Assembly: GCA_964593675.1 (NCBI GenBank)
Contig: CAZQIE010000004.1
Coordinates: forward strand, 7,267 to 71,266
Length of the DNA: 64,000 bases
Reading direction: 5' to 3'
From: an uncultured Opitutales bacterium
Lineage (GTDB): Bacteria; Verrucomicrobiota; Verrucomicrobiia; Opitutales; CAZQIE01
Part shown: positions 38,920-47,813 of the stretch, one piece after another
How the letters are laid out: each line of letters starts with the position of its first letter
How positions within the stretch are numbered: the first letter of the stretch is position 1
Position numbers and translations under genes: made by a program
The notes under the pieces: model-generated
Told to the model about the DNA's origin: nothing
Databases searched by the model: none
What the model saw: the letters and a program-made list of their open reading frames with translations, nothing else

Positions 38920-39858
38920 ATGTGCGGCAGATTCACACTGGGGGCGACGGAGGCGCAGGTGCTGCGCAAGTTCAAGGTCGGGGCGTGCCCGGGCCTGAGG
39001 CCGCGTTACAACATCGCGCCGACACAGCCCGTGCTGGTGGTGAGGGCCGCGCGCGCGGGGGAGGGCTGCGACGCGGCACCGCGGGAGGCGGCGTGGCTGA
39101 ACTGGGGGCTTGTGCCGTTCTGGGCGAAGGACGTGGGGATAGGGTCGCGGCTGATCAACGCGCGTTCGGAAACGGCCGCGGAAAAAGCGGCGTTTCGGGG
39201 GCCGATGCGGCACCACCGGTGCCTGCTGCCGGCTTCCGGGTTCTACGAGTGGCAGCGGGCGGGGCGGGGGCGGGGACCGGCGCAGGCGTTCTATTTTACG
39301 GCGGCGGACGGGGGCCTGCTGGCCCTGGCGGGGGTGTTCGACGTGTGGCAAAGCGCCGATGGCTCGGTGATCGAGTCGTGCGCGGTGCTGACGACGCGCG
39401 CCAACGCGGCGGTGGCCCGGATACACGACCGGATGCCGGTGCTGCTTGAGGTCAGGGATTTCGAGCGTTGGCTGGACCCGGCGCTTCAGCGTCCGGACGC
39501 GCTACGGGACTTGCTGGTGCCGTGCGAGCCTGGGCTCCTGCGGGTCCATGCAGTGTCGTCGCGGGTGAACGCGGCGACGACCGAGGGCCCGGACCTTATC
39601 GCGCCGGAACCGTGCGAGGCGTGGGCCACGGACGAGGGCGCCGCACAGGGCGAAGGCGCCGGAAGGGCAGGGGTGGGGGCCCCGGCTGACGAGAGCGCTG
39701 GCAAGGCCGGGGCTGAGGCCGCCGGTAACGTGGGCAAGCAGGAGGCGGGTGCGCCGGGCCCGCGCGCGGCTTCGGCAAAGAAACCGCGGGCGCGTGGGGA
39801 CGGGGCGCGGACCGATGGCACCCAGCAGGACTTCTTTGGAGGCTTGTTCGGCGACTAA
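38920..39858 (+). CDS. SOS-response-associated peptidase (SRAP/YedK family) with a roughly 85-aa low-complexity C-terminal tail
   Basis: The internal ATG at 38920 gives MCGRFTL (catalytic Cys2). NIAPTQPV, LINARSETAAEK, FYEWQ and HDRMPVLL are also present. The tail is A/G/E-rich and ends QQDFFGGLFGD. Confidence 0.88.
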   Translation: MCGRFTLGATEAQVLRKFKVGACPGLRPRYNIAPTQPVLVVRAARAGEGCDAAPREAAWLNWGLVPFWAKDVGIGSRLINARSETAAEKAAFRGPMRHHRCLLPASGFYEWQRAGRGRGPAQAFYFTAADGGLLALAGVFDVWQSADGSVIESCAVLTTRANAAVARIHDRMPVLLEVRDFERWLDPALQRPDALRDLLVPCEPGLLRVHAVSSRVNAATTEGPDLIAPEPCEAWATDEGAAQGEGAGRAGVGAPADESAGKAGAEAAGNVGKQEAGAPGPRAASAKKPRARGDGARTDGTQQDFFGGLFGD

Positions 39859-39862
39859 CCAC

Positions 39863-39997
39863 GCACGGCGTGGGCCGATCCTGTGAGCCATACGGCGTGG
39901 CTGTCGCTGCGCTTGTCTTGGGCGGTAGAGCGCACGGCGTGGGCCGATCCTGTGAGCCATTCGGCGTGGGCTGTCGCTACGCTTGTTTTCGGGCAGT
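39863..39997 (-). repeat. Tandem repeat, about 69-bp unit x 2, reverse orientation, with two perfect cores
   Basis: cgcacggcgtgggccgatcctgtgagccat(a/t)cggcgtgg(g)ctgtcgct(g/a)cgcttgt.. occurs at 39863 and 39932. A partial third copy, gtagagcgcacggcgtgggcgtg, lies at 40113-40135. Confidence 0.8.
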
Positions 39998-40106
39998 TTT
40001 ACTTCAGGTTGTCGCGTGCACCGACGCTGCGGCGAGCGTGGACGCCCCAGCCTCGCGCCGGCGCGGGCAAAAAGGCCCGGCTGTTGATGCGACAACTTAA
40101 ACTGGA
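39992..40106. mobile_element. MITE-like element (copy 3), boundaries uncertain
   Basis: gggcagttttacTTCAGGTTGTCGCG left arm, caccgacgctgcggcgagcgtggacgcccc core, TGCGACAACTTAA right arm. It is embedded between copies of the other repeat family. Confidence 0.4.
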
Positions 40107-40203
40107 CGTGTTTTAGGCCGTAGAGCGCACGGCGTGGGCGTGTGGGATGACGCGAGATCGAGACTTGCGTTGAGGGACAGGTGTGTCCAATTTTGCCGCA
40201 CGC

Positions 40204-40288
40204 GCCCAGATGGCGGAATTGGCAGACGCGTCGGACTCAAAATCCGATGCCCTCTAAAGGCGTGTGGGTTCGACCCCCACTCTGGGCA
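40204..40288 (+). tRNA. tRNA-Leu (anticodon CAA)
   Basis: Hand-folded cloverleaf. Acceptor GCCCAGA/TCTGGGC with discriminator A. D arm GCG..CGC with GAATTGGCAGA. Anticodon stem TCGGA/TCCGA with loop CTCAAAA. Long variable arm (class II). T arm GTGGG TTCGACC CCCAC. No encoded CCA. Confidence 0.95.
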
Positions 40289-40345
40289 CTTTTTCTTCTC
40301 CCCAGCGCGGCTTCGCGTGTTTGCGGTAGCGGGTGATGGGGAGCT

Positions 40346-41497
40346 TCAGGCGCCGGGGCGGGTGTGGCCCGCTGTTTCAGTCTCGCCGTCGCACCAGAGG
40401 CCCGTGAAGCGGATGCTGCGTGCATGTTCGGGGGCCCCGCGGTGATTGCGCAGGAATTGGCCCGCGAGCATTTCGACGGCCGCAGCGCCCATGGGCCGGC
40501 ATAGGGGGTCGATGCCGCACCAGCCCGCGACGTCTTGGGCAAGCCACAGGTGCACGAGGGAGATTTTCCGGGGCACGCGCCAGCCGCAGTCTTCGAGGAG
40601 CGGCCGCAGCATGCGGTAGGAGGTCAGGATGGCGTCGGGCTTCCAGCATTCCAGCCAGTCCCGGAGGGGCTTGCGGTAGGGGGCGTAATCGTCGGGCAGG
40701 TCGATGGGGCAAATGGGGAGGCGGTCGGCTTCGGGCCAGGCGGCCTGGGCGCGGAGGTAGGCGCCGGCGTATTCCCCGTTCGAGCCGCGGTCGATGTAGC
40801 CGGGCAGGTGCAGGGCAATCCGGCGGTGGCCGCGTGCCTTGAGGCGTTCGCAGGCCAGGGTCATGTTCGAGAAATAATCGGGCTGCACGTAGTCGTAGCG
40901 CTCGCGCTCGGGCGCAACGTCGCCGACATGGTGGCGGAGCCGCCGCGTGTTGGTGCCGAGGCAGACGACCGCGGTGCGGGTCCAGGTGACGCCGACGATG
41001 CGGCTGTCGTAGAGGCCCGGAATGATGACGCCGGGTATGCCGCGCGCCTGAAGGATGCGCTCGTAGTGCCGCACGCGCTCCTCGGGGCTGGCGATATCGG
41101 GGGCCATCCGGATTTCCTCGAGCTTGTAGCCGAGCGCCGCGGCCTGGGCCTGCGCGCCTTTCCAGAATTCAGCTTCCCACGGTTGGGTGCCGCGCCGGTG
41201 CTTCTGCCTGTCGTCGTTGAGCCAGGCCAGCGTGGCGCGGAAAGCGGGTGTCTTCCGGCTGCGCACGTGCGCCTGGTAGATGCTTAGCAAGGGGTCGGGG
41301 CGGTAGCCGAGGCGTTCGGCGATTTCCTGGACGCGCTTGCGCGTTTCCGCGGCACAGCGGCACGTCCCACGCAGCGCGCGCGAGGCCGTCATGGTCGAAA
41401 CCCCGGCGGCTTTTGCGACGTCAGCCAATTTCGGGCGCTGAGCTGCGCCGCCGCGATCCGCCGTCTCGCCGGCACGGCTCGGGGGATGGGAAGGCAT
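40346..41497 (-). CDS. LacI-family transcriptional regulator
   Basis: N-terminal HTH KLADVAKAAGVSTMTASRALRG, followed by a periplasmic-binding-protein-like sugar-binding core. Confidence 0.85.
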   Translation of the reverse strand: MPSHPPSRAGETADRGGAAQRPKLADVAKAAGVSTMTASRALRGTCRCAAETRKRVQEIAERLGYRPDPLLSIYQAHVRSRKTPAFRATLAWLNDDRQKHRRGTQPWEAEFWKGAQAQAAALGYKLEEIRMAPDIASPEERVRHYERILQARGIPGVIIPGLYDSRIVGVTWTRTAVVCLGTNTRRLRHHVGDVAPERERYDYVQPDYFSNMTLACERLKARGHRRIALHLPGYIDRGSNGEYAGAYLRAQAAWPEADRLPICPIDLPDDYAPYRKPLRDWLECWKPDAILTSYRMLRPLLEDCGWRVPRKISLVHLWLAQDVAGWCGIDPLCRPMGAAAVEMLAGQFLRNHRGAPEHARSIRFTGLWCDGETETAGHTRPGA

Positions 41498-41564
41498 TTG
41501 CGTTACCTAGAACGCATCGGGCCCGTTGTTACAAACATCAAATTCGGCAAAGCTCCGAACGCGT

Positions 41565-42440
41565 ATGAAGCTACAAAGTCTCGTTGCGGGTGCCGCGTGC
41601 GCCCTGCTGACTACCATTCCGGCCTTCGGCTCCACGCTTGTGTACGAAGGCTTCAACTACACCACCGGCACTGCCGCCCTTTCGGGCGCGAACACGGGTT
41701 CCGGGTGGACGACCGCGTGGACGGTGGACTCGGGGAGCGCCCCCGACGTGGTTTCCGGTTCGATCGCTCTCGGTTCGCTGACGGTCTCCGGCAACAGCAT
41801 TACGCAGTCTGCCGACGCCACGAACAACAGCATCACGCGTTCGTTCACGGCAGTGGGCACGGGTGTGACTTCAGGTGCCGCCCAGACGGTCTGGCTGAGC
41901 TTTGTGCTCCAGGGCAACGGCAACAACTCCGGCGACGCCTACCTGTCGCTCCTGCGCAACAGCGGTTCCGCGGCGACGGACGAGCTTGTCCGCATCGGCC
42001 GCAAGAGCGGTGTTTCGGGCGGCAACATCACGCTCTCGAGCGCGGCCAGCACGAATCCCGCGCAGACGGCGTTCGGCAATGTTACGTTTGACTCGACCGC
42101 TCGCCTGCTGCTCGTGAAGCTCGACTTGCAGCGCAGCGGGGTCGGCACGGGCACCAACATCGTGACCGCGCAGCTCTGGACCGTCACGAGCGTCCCGGCC
42201 GATGAAGGCGCGCTCGGCAGCTCGGTGGCGAATTTCACGACCGCGACGCTGGGCTCGGGCACGGGTCTGGACAAGGTCCGCCTCTATGACGCGTCTTCCG
42301 GGGCGAATGCCTCGTTCGACGAAATCCGCATCGGCGACACGCTTTCGGACGTTACGCCTGTTCCGGAGCCCTCCACATATGCGGCGGCTCTGGGCCTTGG
42401 CGCGCTCGCGGCGTCCTGCCTTTTCCGTCGGCGCCGCTAG
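41565..42440 (+). CDS. PEP-CTERM sorting-domain secreted protein (jelly-roll/LamG-like body)
   Basis: The internal ATG at 41565 gives a signal peptide. The C-terminus VPEPSTYAAALGLGALAASCLFRRRR is PEP-CTERM (motif, TM helix, basic tail). FDEIRIGDT precedes it. Confidence 0.85.
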   Translation: MKLQSLVAGAACALLTTIPAFGSTLVYEGFNYTTGTAALSGANTGSGWTTAWTVDSGSAPDVVSGSIALGSLTVSGNSITQSADATNNSITRSFTAVGTGVTSGAAQTVWLSFVLQGNGNNSGDAYLSLLRNSGSAATDELVRIGRKSGVSGGNITLSSAASTNPAQTAFGNVTFDSTARLLLVKLDLQRSGVGTGTNIVTAQLWTVTSVPADEGALGSSVANFTTATLGSGTGLDKVRLYDASSGANASFDEIRIGDTLSDVTPVPEPSTYAAALGLGALAASCLFRRRR

Positions 42441-42459
42441 ACGGGAATAGTGCGATCAG

Positions 42460-42498
42460 GAAGACCCGCTGGAAGCTTTCCGGCGGGTCTTCTTTTTT
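42460..42498 (+). terminator. Rho-independent terminator of the PEP-CTERM gene
   Basis: gaagacccgc / gcgggtcttc 10-bp stem followed by tttttt. Confidence 0.8.
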
Positions 42499-42529
42499 GT
42501 TTGGACGCGGGCGACCGCCCGCTGGGCGC

Positions 42530-42565
42530 AAAAAAAGGCAGGCACCGGGTGGTGCCTGCCTTTTT
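42530..42565. terminator. Bidirectional terminator (serves mutB on the minus strand)
   Basis: aaaaaaa ggcaggcacc gggt ggtgcctgcc ttttt: a perfect 10-bp stem flanked by an A-run and a T-run. Confidence 0.8.
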
Positions 42566-42591
42566 GTAACCGGATTTCCGGAAAGAAGGGC

Positions 42592-44766
42592 CTAGCCTTG
42601 CTGCTCGACGAGGAGCTGGAGGATCTTCTTGGCGGACTCGGGGATGACGGTGCCGGGGCCGAAGATGGCGGCGGCGCCGTTCTTGAGGAGGAAGTCGTAG
42701 TCCTGCGCCGGGATGACGCCACCGCAGACGACCATGATGTCCTCGCGGCCAAGCTTCTTGAGCTCGGCGATGAGGGCGGGCAGGAGCGTCTTGTGGCCGG
42801 CGGCGAGCGAGCTCATTGCAACGACGTGGACGTCGTTCTCAACGGCCTGCTTGGCGGTTTCCTCGGGCGTCTGGAACAGGGGGCCGACGTCAACGTCGAA
42901 GCCCATGTCCGCATAGGCCGTGGCGACCACCTTGGCGCCGCGGTCGTGACCGTCCTGGCCCATCTTGGCGATCATGATGCGGGGGCGGCGGCCTTCGTTC
43001 GACTCGAACTTCTTCACGAGCTCGCGCACTTCGATCATCTTGTTGTCCTCGCCGAATTCGCTGCTGTAGACGCCGGAGATGGTGCGGATCTGGGCCTTGT
43101 GGCGGCCGAAGACCTTTTCCATCGCGTCGGAGATTTCACCGAGGGTGGCGCGGGCCTTGGCGGCCTCGACGGCGAGCTCGAGCAGGTTGCCCTTGCCAGA
43201 GCCGGCGGCTTCGGTGATGGACTCGAGGACGCGGCGGCAGGCGGCTTCGTCGCGCTCGCTGCGGAGCTTCTTGAGCTTCTTGACCTGGGCTTCGCGGACG
43301 GCCGTGTTGTCGATGTCCAGGATTTCCAGCGGGTCTTCCTTCTCGAGGCGGTACTTGTTGAGGCCGACGATGGTCTCCTTGCCGCTGTCGATGCGGGCCT
43401 GGCGGCGGGCGGAGGCTTCCTCAATGCGCATCTTGGGGAGGCCGGCTTCGATGGCCTTGGTCATGCCACCGTAGTTTTCGACTTCCTCAATGTGCGCCCA
43501 CGCCTTCTTCATGAGGGCGTCGGTGAGGGCTTCCACGTAGTAGGAGCCACCCCATGGGTCCACGACCTTGGTGATGCCGGTCTCTTCCTGGAGGAAGAGC
43601 TGGGTGTTGCGCGCGATGCGTGCGGAGAAGTCCGTGGGCAGCGCGATGGCTTCGTCCAGGGCGTTGGTGTGGAGGCTCTGGGTGTGGCCGCAGGCGGCCG
43701 CCATGGCTTCGATGGCGGTGCGCACGACGTTGTTGAAGGGGTCCTGCTCGGTGAGGCTCCAGCCGGAGGTCTGCGAGTGCGTGCGCAGAGCCATGGACTT
43801 TTCGAGCTTCGGGTTGAACTGCTTCACGAGTTTGGCCCAGAGGCAGCGCGCGGCGCGCATCTTGGCGACTTCCATGAAGTAGTTCTTGCCGATGGCCCAG
43901 AAGAACGACAGGCGCGGCGCGAAGTCATCGACGCCGAGGCCGGCCTTGATGCCGGTGCGGATGTATTCGAGGCCGTCGGCGAGCGTGTACGCCATCTCGA
44001 GGTCGGCGGTGGCGCCGGCTTCCTGCATGTGGTAGCCGGAGATCGAGATGGAGTTGAACTTCGGCATGTTCCGCGACGTATAGGCGAAGATGTCGCCGAT
44101 GATCCGCATCGAGGGTGTAGGCGGATAGATATACGTGTTGCGGACCATGAACTCCTTGAGGATGTCGTTCTGGATGGTCCCGGAGAGCTGCTCGAGTTTC
44201 GCGCCTTGTTCGAGGCCGGCGACGATGTAGAACGCCATCACGGGGATGACGGCGCCGTTCATGGTCATGGACACGGAGACGCGCTCGAGGGGGATGCCGT
44301 CGAAGAGCGTCTTCATGTCGAGGATCGAGTCGACGGCCACGCCGGCCTTGCCGACGTCACCGATCACGCGGGGGTGGTCGGAGTCGTAGCCACGGTGGGT
44401 GGCAAGGTCGAAGGCGACGGAGAGGCCCATCTGGCCGGCCGCGAGGTTGCGCTTGTAGAACGCATTGGATTCCTCGGCGGTGGAGAAGCCGGCGTACTGG
44501 CGGACCGTCCAGGGGCGCTGCACGTACATCGTGGCGTACGGGCCGCGCAGGAACGGCGCGAGACCGGCGGTGTAGCCGAGGTGCTGCATCCCCTTCAGGT
44601 CCTCGCCCGTGAAGAGCGGGGTGACGGGGATCTGCTCCATGGTCTGCTCGATGAGCCGGTCCAGGGTCTGCCCCGTTTCGGCCTCGAGTGCCTCCTGCCA
44701 GCGCTGACGGCTGACCGGGGCCGAGGTGGGCTTGTATTCGAGTTTGGTGAAATCGGGCTGGCTCAT
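42592..44766 (-). CDS. mutB: Methylmalonyl-CoA mutase large (catalytic, B12-binding) subunit
   Basis: 724 aa. [19 protein letters not shown], the TIM-barrel mutase region, and the C-terminal B12-binding domain [14 protein letters not shown] (DxHxxG). Confidence 0.95.
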   Translation of the reverse strand: MSQPDFTKLEYKPTSAPVSRQRWQEALEAETGQTLDRLIEQTMEQIPVTPLFTGEDLKGMQHLGYTAGLAPFLRGPYATMYVQRPWTVRQYAGFSTAEESNAFYKRNLAAGQMGLSVAFDLATHRGYDSDHPRVIGDVGKAGVAVDSILDMKTLFDGIPLERVSVSMTMNGAVIPVMAFYIVAGLEQGAKLEQLSGTIQNDILKEFMVRNTYIYPPTPSMRIIGDIFAYTSRNMPKFNSISISGYHMQEAGATADLEMAYTLADGLEYIRTGIKAGLGVDDFAPRLSFFWAIGKNYFMEVAKMRAARCLWAKLVKQFNPKLEKSMALRTHSQTSGWSLTEQDPFNNVVRTAIEAMAAACGHTQSLHTNALDEAIALPTDFSARIARNTQLFLQEETGITKVVDPWGGSYYVEALTDALMKKAWAHIEEVENYGGMTKAIEAGLPKMRIEEASARRQARIDSGKETIVGLNKYRLEKEDPLEILDIDNTAVREAQVKKLKKLRSERDEAACRRVLESITEAAGSGKGNLLELAVEAAKARATLGEISDAMEKVFGRHKAQIRTISGVYSSEFGEDNKMIEVRELVKKFESNEGRRPRIMIAKMGQDGHDRGAKVVATAYADMGFDVDVGPLFQTPEETAKQAVENDVHVVAMSSLAAGHKTLLPALIAELKKLGREDIMVVCGGVIPAQDYDFLLKNGAAAIFGPGTVIPESAKKILQLLVEQQG

Positions 44767-44767
44767 G

Positions 44768-46909
44768 TTAGAGGACTCCGAGCTGGTTCAGGAGGGTCTG
44801 ATTGAAGGTGAAGTTGTTCGTGCGGATCGAGATGCTGTCGTCAAGGCCGGCGGCCTTGTAGGCAGCTTCGTGCTCGGGCGCGGGTGCGCCCGCCAGGATG
44901 ACTTTGACCTGCGGCTTGGAGGCCTTGAGGGCCTTGGTGACCGCGGGCACCAGTTCCGGGTAGGTTTCGTCCGTGGAGCAGATCACCACAATCGGGCAGC
45001 CGGACTCGAGGGCGGCCTTGGCGGCGTCCTCTGCGTTGGCAAAGCCTTTCGGGTAGACCGAGTCGAACCCGCCAGCAGAGAAGAAGCCGCGGCTGAAGTC
45101 GGCGCGGGCCTTGTGCTGTTTGAGGGAGCCCATCGTCGCGAGGAAGATGGTGGGGCGCTTGCCGGTCTTGGCCTTGTAGGCTTCGGAGGCGGCGCGGAGG
45201 CGCTCGTAGCCCTGGCTGATGCGCTGGCAGCACACCGGGGTGGCGGTGGGCTTCAGGCCATCCTTCGAGCGGAGGGCGCGGGAGATTTCACCGAGGGTGG
45301 CACCGGCGCCGGCGGCCTCAATGAGGGCCGGGAGCACGGTCTCGGGGTCGGCGTCGAGCACGTTGCCGAGGCGGGAGAGCACCGCGCGGTCGGCGACCTG
45401 GTCGGCCGAGACGCGGTAGTCCTGGAGCTGATGGGCGCGGCGGCGATGCACGCTCGCGTAGTCCACCGCGTTCTTTTCCAGGGCCTTTTCGCCGAGGTTC
45501 GGATACATGTTCGTGCCGATGACGACGTCACGGCGCTGGCCCACGGCGCTGATGCGCTTGGCGGCCGTGTCGGCGACCATCTTCTGCACGGTGCCGGCGG
45601 CGAGGGCCGCGGCCATGCCACCCGCCTTTTCGATGTCCTGGAAGATCTTCCAGGCTTTCGCGGCGAGCTGTTCCGTGAGGTTTTCGACGAACCAGGAGCC
45701 ACCCGCGGGGTCCGCGACCTGGCCGACGTGGCATTCCTCGCTGAGGATGACGTGGGTGTTGCGCGCGATGCGGCGGGAGAAATCGTCCGGTTCGCGGATG
45801 CACTCGTCAAAGGGACCGACGTGCATGCTGTCGACGCCGCCCACGACGCCCGCAAAGGCCTCAATGGAGCTGCGGAGCATGTTCACATACGGGTCGAGGA
45901 CGGTCTTGTTGAACGTGCCCGTGCGGCCGTGGACGTGCAGCTTGCGCGCACGCTTGGAGCCGCCGAAGGCCTCGACGACGCGGGCCCAGAGCAGGCGCGC
46001 GGCGCGGAACTTGGCGACTTCCATGAAGAACTGGGGCCCGATGGCCATCGAGAAGCGCATGAGCGGGGCAACGGCTTCGACGTCGAGGCCGCGCGTCTTC
46101 ATCTGGCGCAGGTATTCGGTGGCCGTCGCCAGAGCGCAGCCGAGCTCCTCGGCGGAGCTGGCACCGGCGTCCGCGTAGGGCTGGGTGTTCACGCCGATGG
46201 CGCCAAAGCTGGGGGCGTTGCGGGCGTTCCACGACGCCAGGACGGCCATCTCGCGGTAGGCGCCGTCGAGCGAGACGGGCAGGCGGCCGGCCCGGGCGAG
46301 CACGGCGAGCGGGTCCATCTCAATGCCGCCACGCAGGAGCGCGGGCGTCTTGCCCTTGCGGCGAAGGGATGCGTAGAGGAGCGAGGCGACGGGCAGCGCG
46401 CCACAACCGGCCTGCACGCGCACCGGCACCTTCTCAAGGTCGATGCCTTCGAGGGCCGTGAGGATGTCGCGCACCGTGGAAATCGAGAGCCCGCAGGCGC
46501 CGACTTCGCCGACTTGCGCCTGGTCCGGGTCGATGCCCGAGACGGTCGCGATGTCCAGCAGGATGTTCAGGCCCGTCTGGCCGCGCGAAAGATCGGCCTT
46601 GGCGGCCTTGTTGAAGTCCTCCACCAGCCCGTAGGGGAGCTCCTGGGAGACGGCCCAGAGCTCGCGGTGGTAGCCCGCGGCGTGCGTGCCGCGCAGGTAG
46701 CCGGGGAAGCCCGGGAAATTCTCAAGACCCGCCGGAGCATCCTCCATCCTATAAATAGGCTGCAGCGAAATGCCTTCGTAGGTCGCTGTGACCAGTTTCT
46801 TCTCGAACGGTGCTCCGTTCAGCGACGCCTCAGCCTCCCGGCGCCATTCCTCGTACGAGGGACGGGGAAATTCCGCCAGCAGGGAGTCGGGTTTGTTTGG
46901 GTGGTTCAT
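44768..46909 (-). CDS. mutA: Methylmalonyl-CoA mutase small (beta) subunit
   Basis: The internal ATG at 46909 ([23 protein letters not shown]). Mutase-fold homology along its length, but the C-terminal domain lacks the DxHxxG His ligand. The stop is 1 nt before the mutB start. Confidence 0.85.
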   Translation of the reverse strand: MNHPNKPDSLLAEFPRPSYEEWRREAEASLNGAPFEKKLVTATYEGISLQPIYRMEDAPAGLENFPGFPGYLRGTHAAGYHRELWAVSQELPYGLVEDFNKAAKADLSRGQTGLNILLDIATVSGIDPDQAQVGEVGACGLSISTVRDILTALEGIDLEKVPVRVQAGCGALPVASLLYASLRRKGKTPALLRGGIEMDPLAVLARAGRLPVSLDGAYREMAVLASWNARNAPSFGAIGVNTQPYADAGASSAEELGCALATATEYLRQMKTRGLDVEAVAPLMRFSMAIGPQFFMEVAKFRAARLLWARVVEAFGGSKRARKLHVHGRTGTFNKTVLDPYVNMLRSSIEAFAGVVGGVDSMHVGPFDECIREPDDFSRRIARNTHVILSEECHVGQVADPAGGSWFVENLTEQLAAKAWKIFQDIEKAGGMAAALAAGTVQKMVADTAAKRISAVGQRRDVVIGTNMYPNLGEKALEKNAVDYASVHRRRAHQLQDYRVSADQVADRAVLSRLGNVLDADPETVLPALIEAAGAGATLGEISRALRSKDGLKPTATPVCCQRISQGYERLRAASEAYKAKTGKRPTIFLATMGSLKQHKARADFSRGFFSAGGFDSVYPKGFANAEDAAKAALESGCPIVVICSTDETYPELVPAVTKALKASKPQVKVILAGAPAPEHEAAYKAAGLDDSISIRTNNFTFNQTLLNQLGVL

Positions 46910-47265
46910 GACGAGTGGGATTGAAGAACTGCGAAAACGATGCGAGTGAAAGCGACTGCAAAACCGCATTTTCAAGCGGCTTCGCCCGGTGGCGCCTCGG
47001 CGCACCGACGCATGTGGCCCCGGCAAGGGAGCTAGAAGAGTCCCTAATTGTCCCCCCTCCGTCAAGGGAATTTGGGTATTCGCACGTGATAAACCTTCCT
47101 CATTGGGATTTTTGGTTTTGTAAGCTACTGACTTCCAACGAAGGCCACCGGTTTTGAGTTTGGCTTAACTTCAAAAAAGTTGACTTTAGAGAAACTAATA
47201 CCCAGATTCCGGGGCCTCAGATTGGGGGCTCCGCTGTCGTGGGCCTCCGCTAGCTAAAGATCGTT

Positions 47266-47694
47266 ATGCTCCAAAAGATTGACCATCTGGGTATTGCCGT
47301 TAAGTCGCTGGACGAGACCGTGCCGTATTACGAGAAGGTGCTGGGTCTGAAGTGCGAATCGCGCGAAGAAGTGCCCTCGCAGAAGGTGCGCGTGGCGTTT
47401 TTCTCCGTGGGTGAAGTGCACCTGGAGCTTCTGGAGCCGACGAGCCCGGAAAGCCCGATCGCAAAGTTTCTGGAGAAGAATCCGGCGGGCGGCATCCACC
47501 ACATCGCTTTCCGCACGGACAACATTGAAGGCCAGCTCAAGCAGGCGGCGGACAACGGTGTGAAGCTGCTTCACGAGAAGCCGTTCGAAGGCGCCCACGA
47601 GATGCTGGTTGCGTTCCTGCACCCGAAGAGCACCTTTGGCGTCCTCACCGAGTTCTGCGCGAAGAAGCCGGGCGCGAGCTGCTGCTGCCACTAA
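47266..47694 (+). CDS. mce: Methylmalonyl-CoA epimerase (VOC/glyoxalase fold)
   Basis: IDHLGIAV.SLDE....Y...LG ... ELLEP.....PIAKFLEKNP.GGIHHIAF... Confidence 0.9.
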   Translation: MLQKIDHLGIAVKSLDETVPYYEKVLGLKCESREEVPSQKVRVAFFSVGEVHLELLEPTSPESPIAKFLEKNPAGGIHHIAFRTDNIEGQLKQAADNGVKLLHEKPFEGAHEMLVAFLHPKSTFGVLTEFCAKKPGASCCCH

Positions 47695-47813
47695 GGCGGC
47701 GCAGACTGGCGGCTTTTTTTAAGAACGGGGCAAAAGCTTGGCTTGCGGAGCACCGCGGCACCAGCTATCCCCACATCCGACCTAAAGCGACACCTCCTCC
47801 ATTTCCCACGCAA

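Noticed and set aside
40289-42440. A possible genomic island or prophage remnant integrated at tRNA-Leu.
   Set aside because: No integrase, phage or conjugation genes are present, and no direct repeat of the tRNA 3' end is visible in the window. Only a LacI regulator and a PEP-CTERM protein follow. It is kept as a low-interest finding about repeat accumulation.
42598-46924. Two plus-strand ORFs of 735 and 732 aa (42598-44805 and 44726-46924).
   Set aside because: They are antisense shadows of mutB and mutA, with G/A/E/D/V/R low-complexity translations. The minus-strand proteins carry unmistakable mutase and B12-binding motifs.
46910-47265. A possible cobalamin riboswitch upstream of the B12-dependent mutase genes.
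   Set aside because: No B12-box-like core or conserved riboswitch helices are recognisable by eye. Cobalamin riboswitches normally control B12 transport and biosynthesis genes rather than B12-dependent enzymes. An Infernal scan would be needed for a definitive answer.
47695-47730. A T7 run after the epimerase stop (ggcggcgcagactggcggcttttttt), considered as a terminator.
   Set aside because: The preceding GGCGGC motifs are direct repeats, not inverted, so no stable stem precedes the T-run. The downstream carboxyltransferase is likely co-transcribed.
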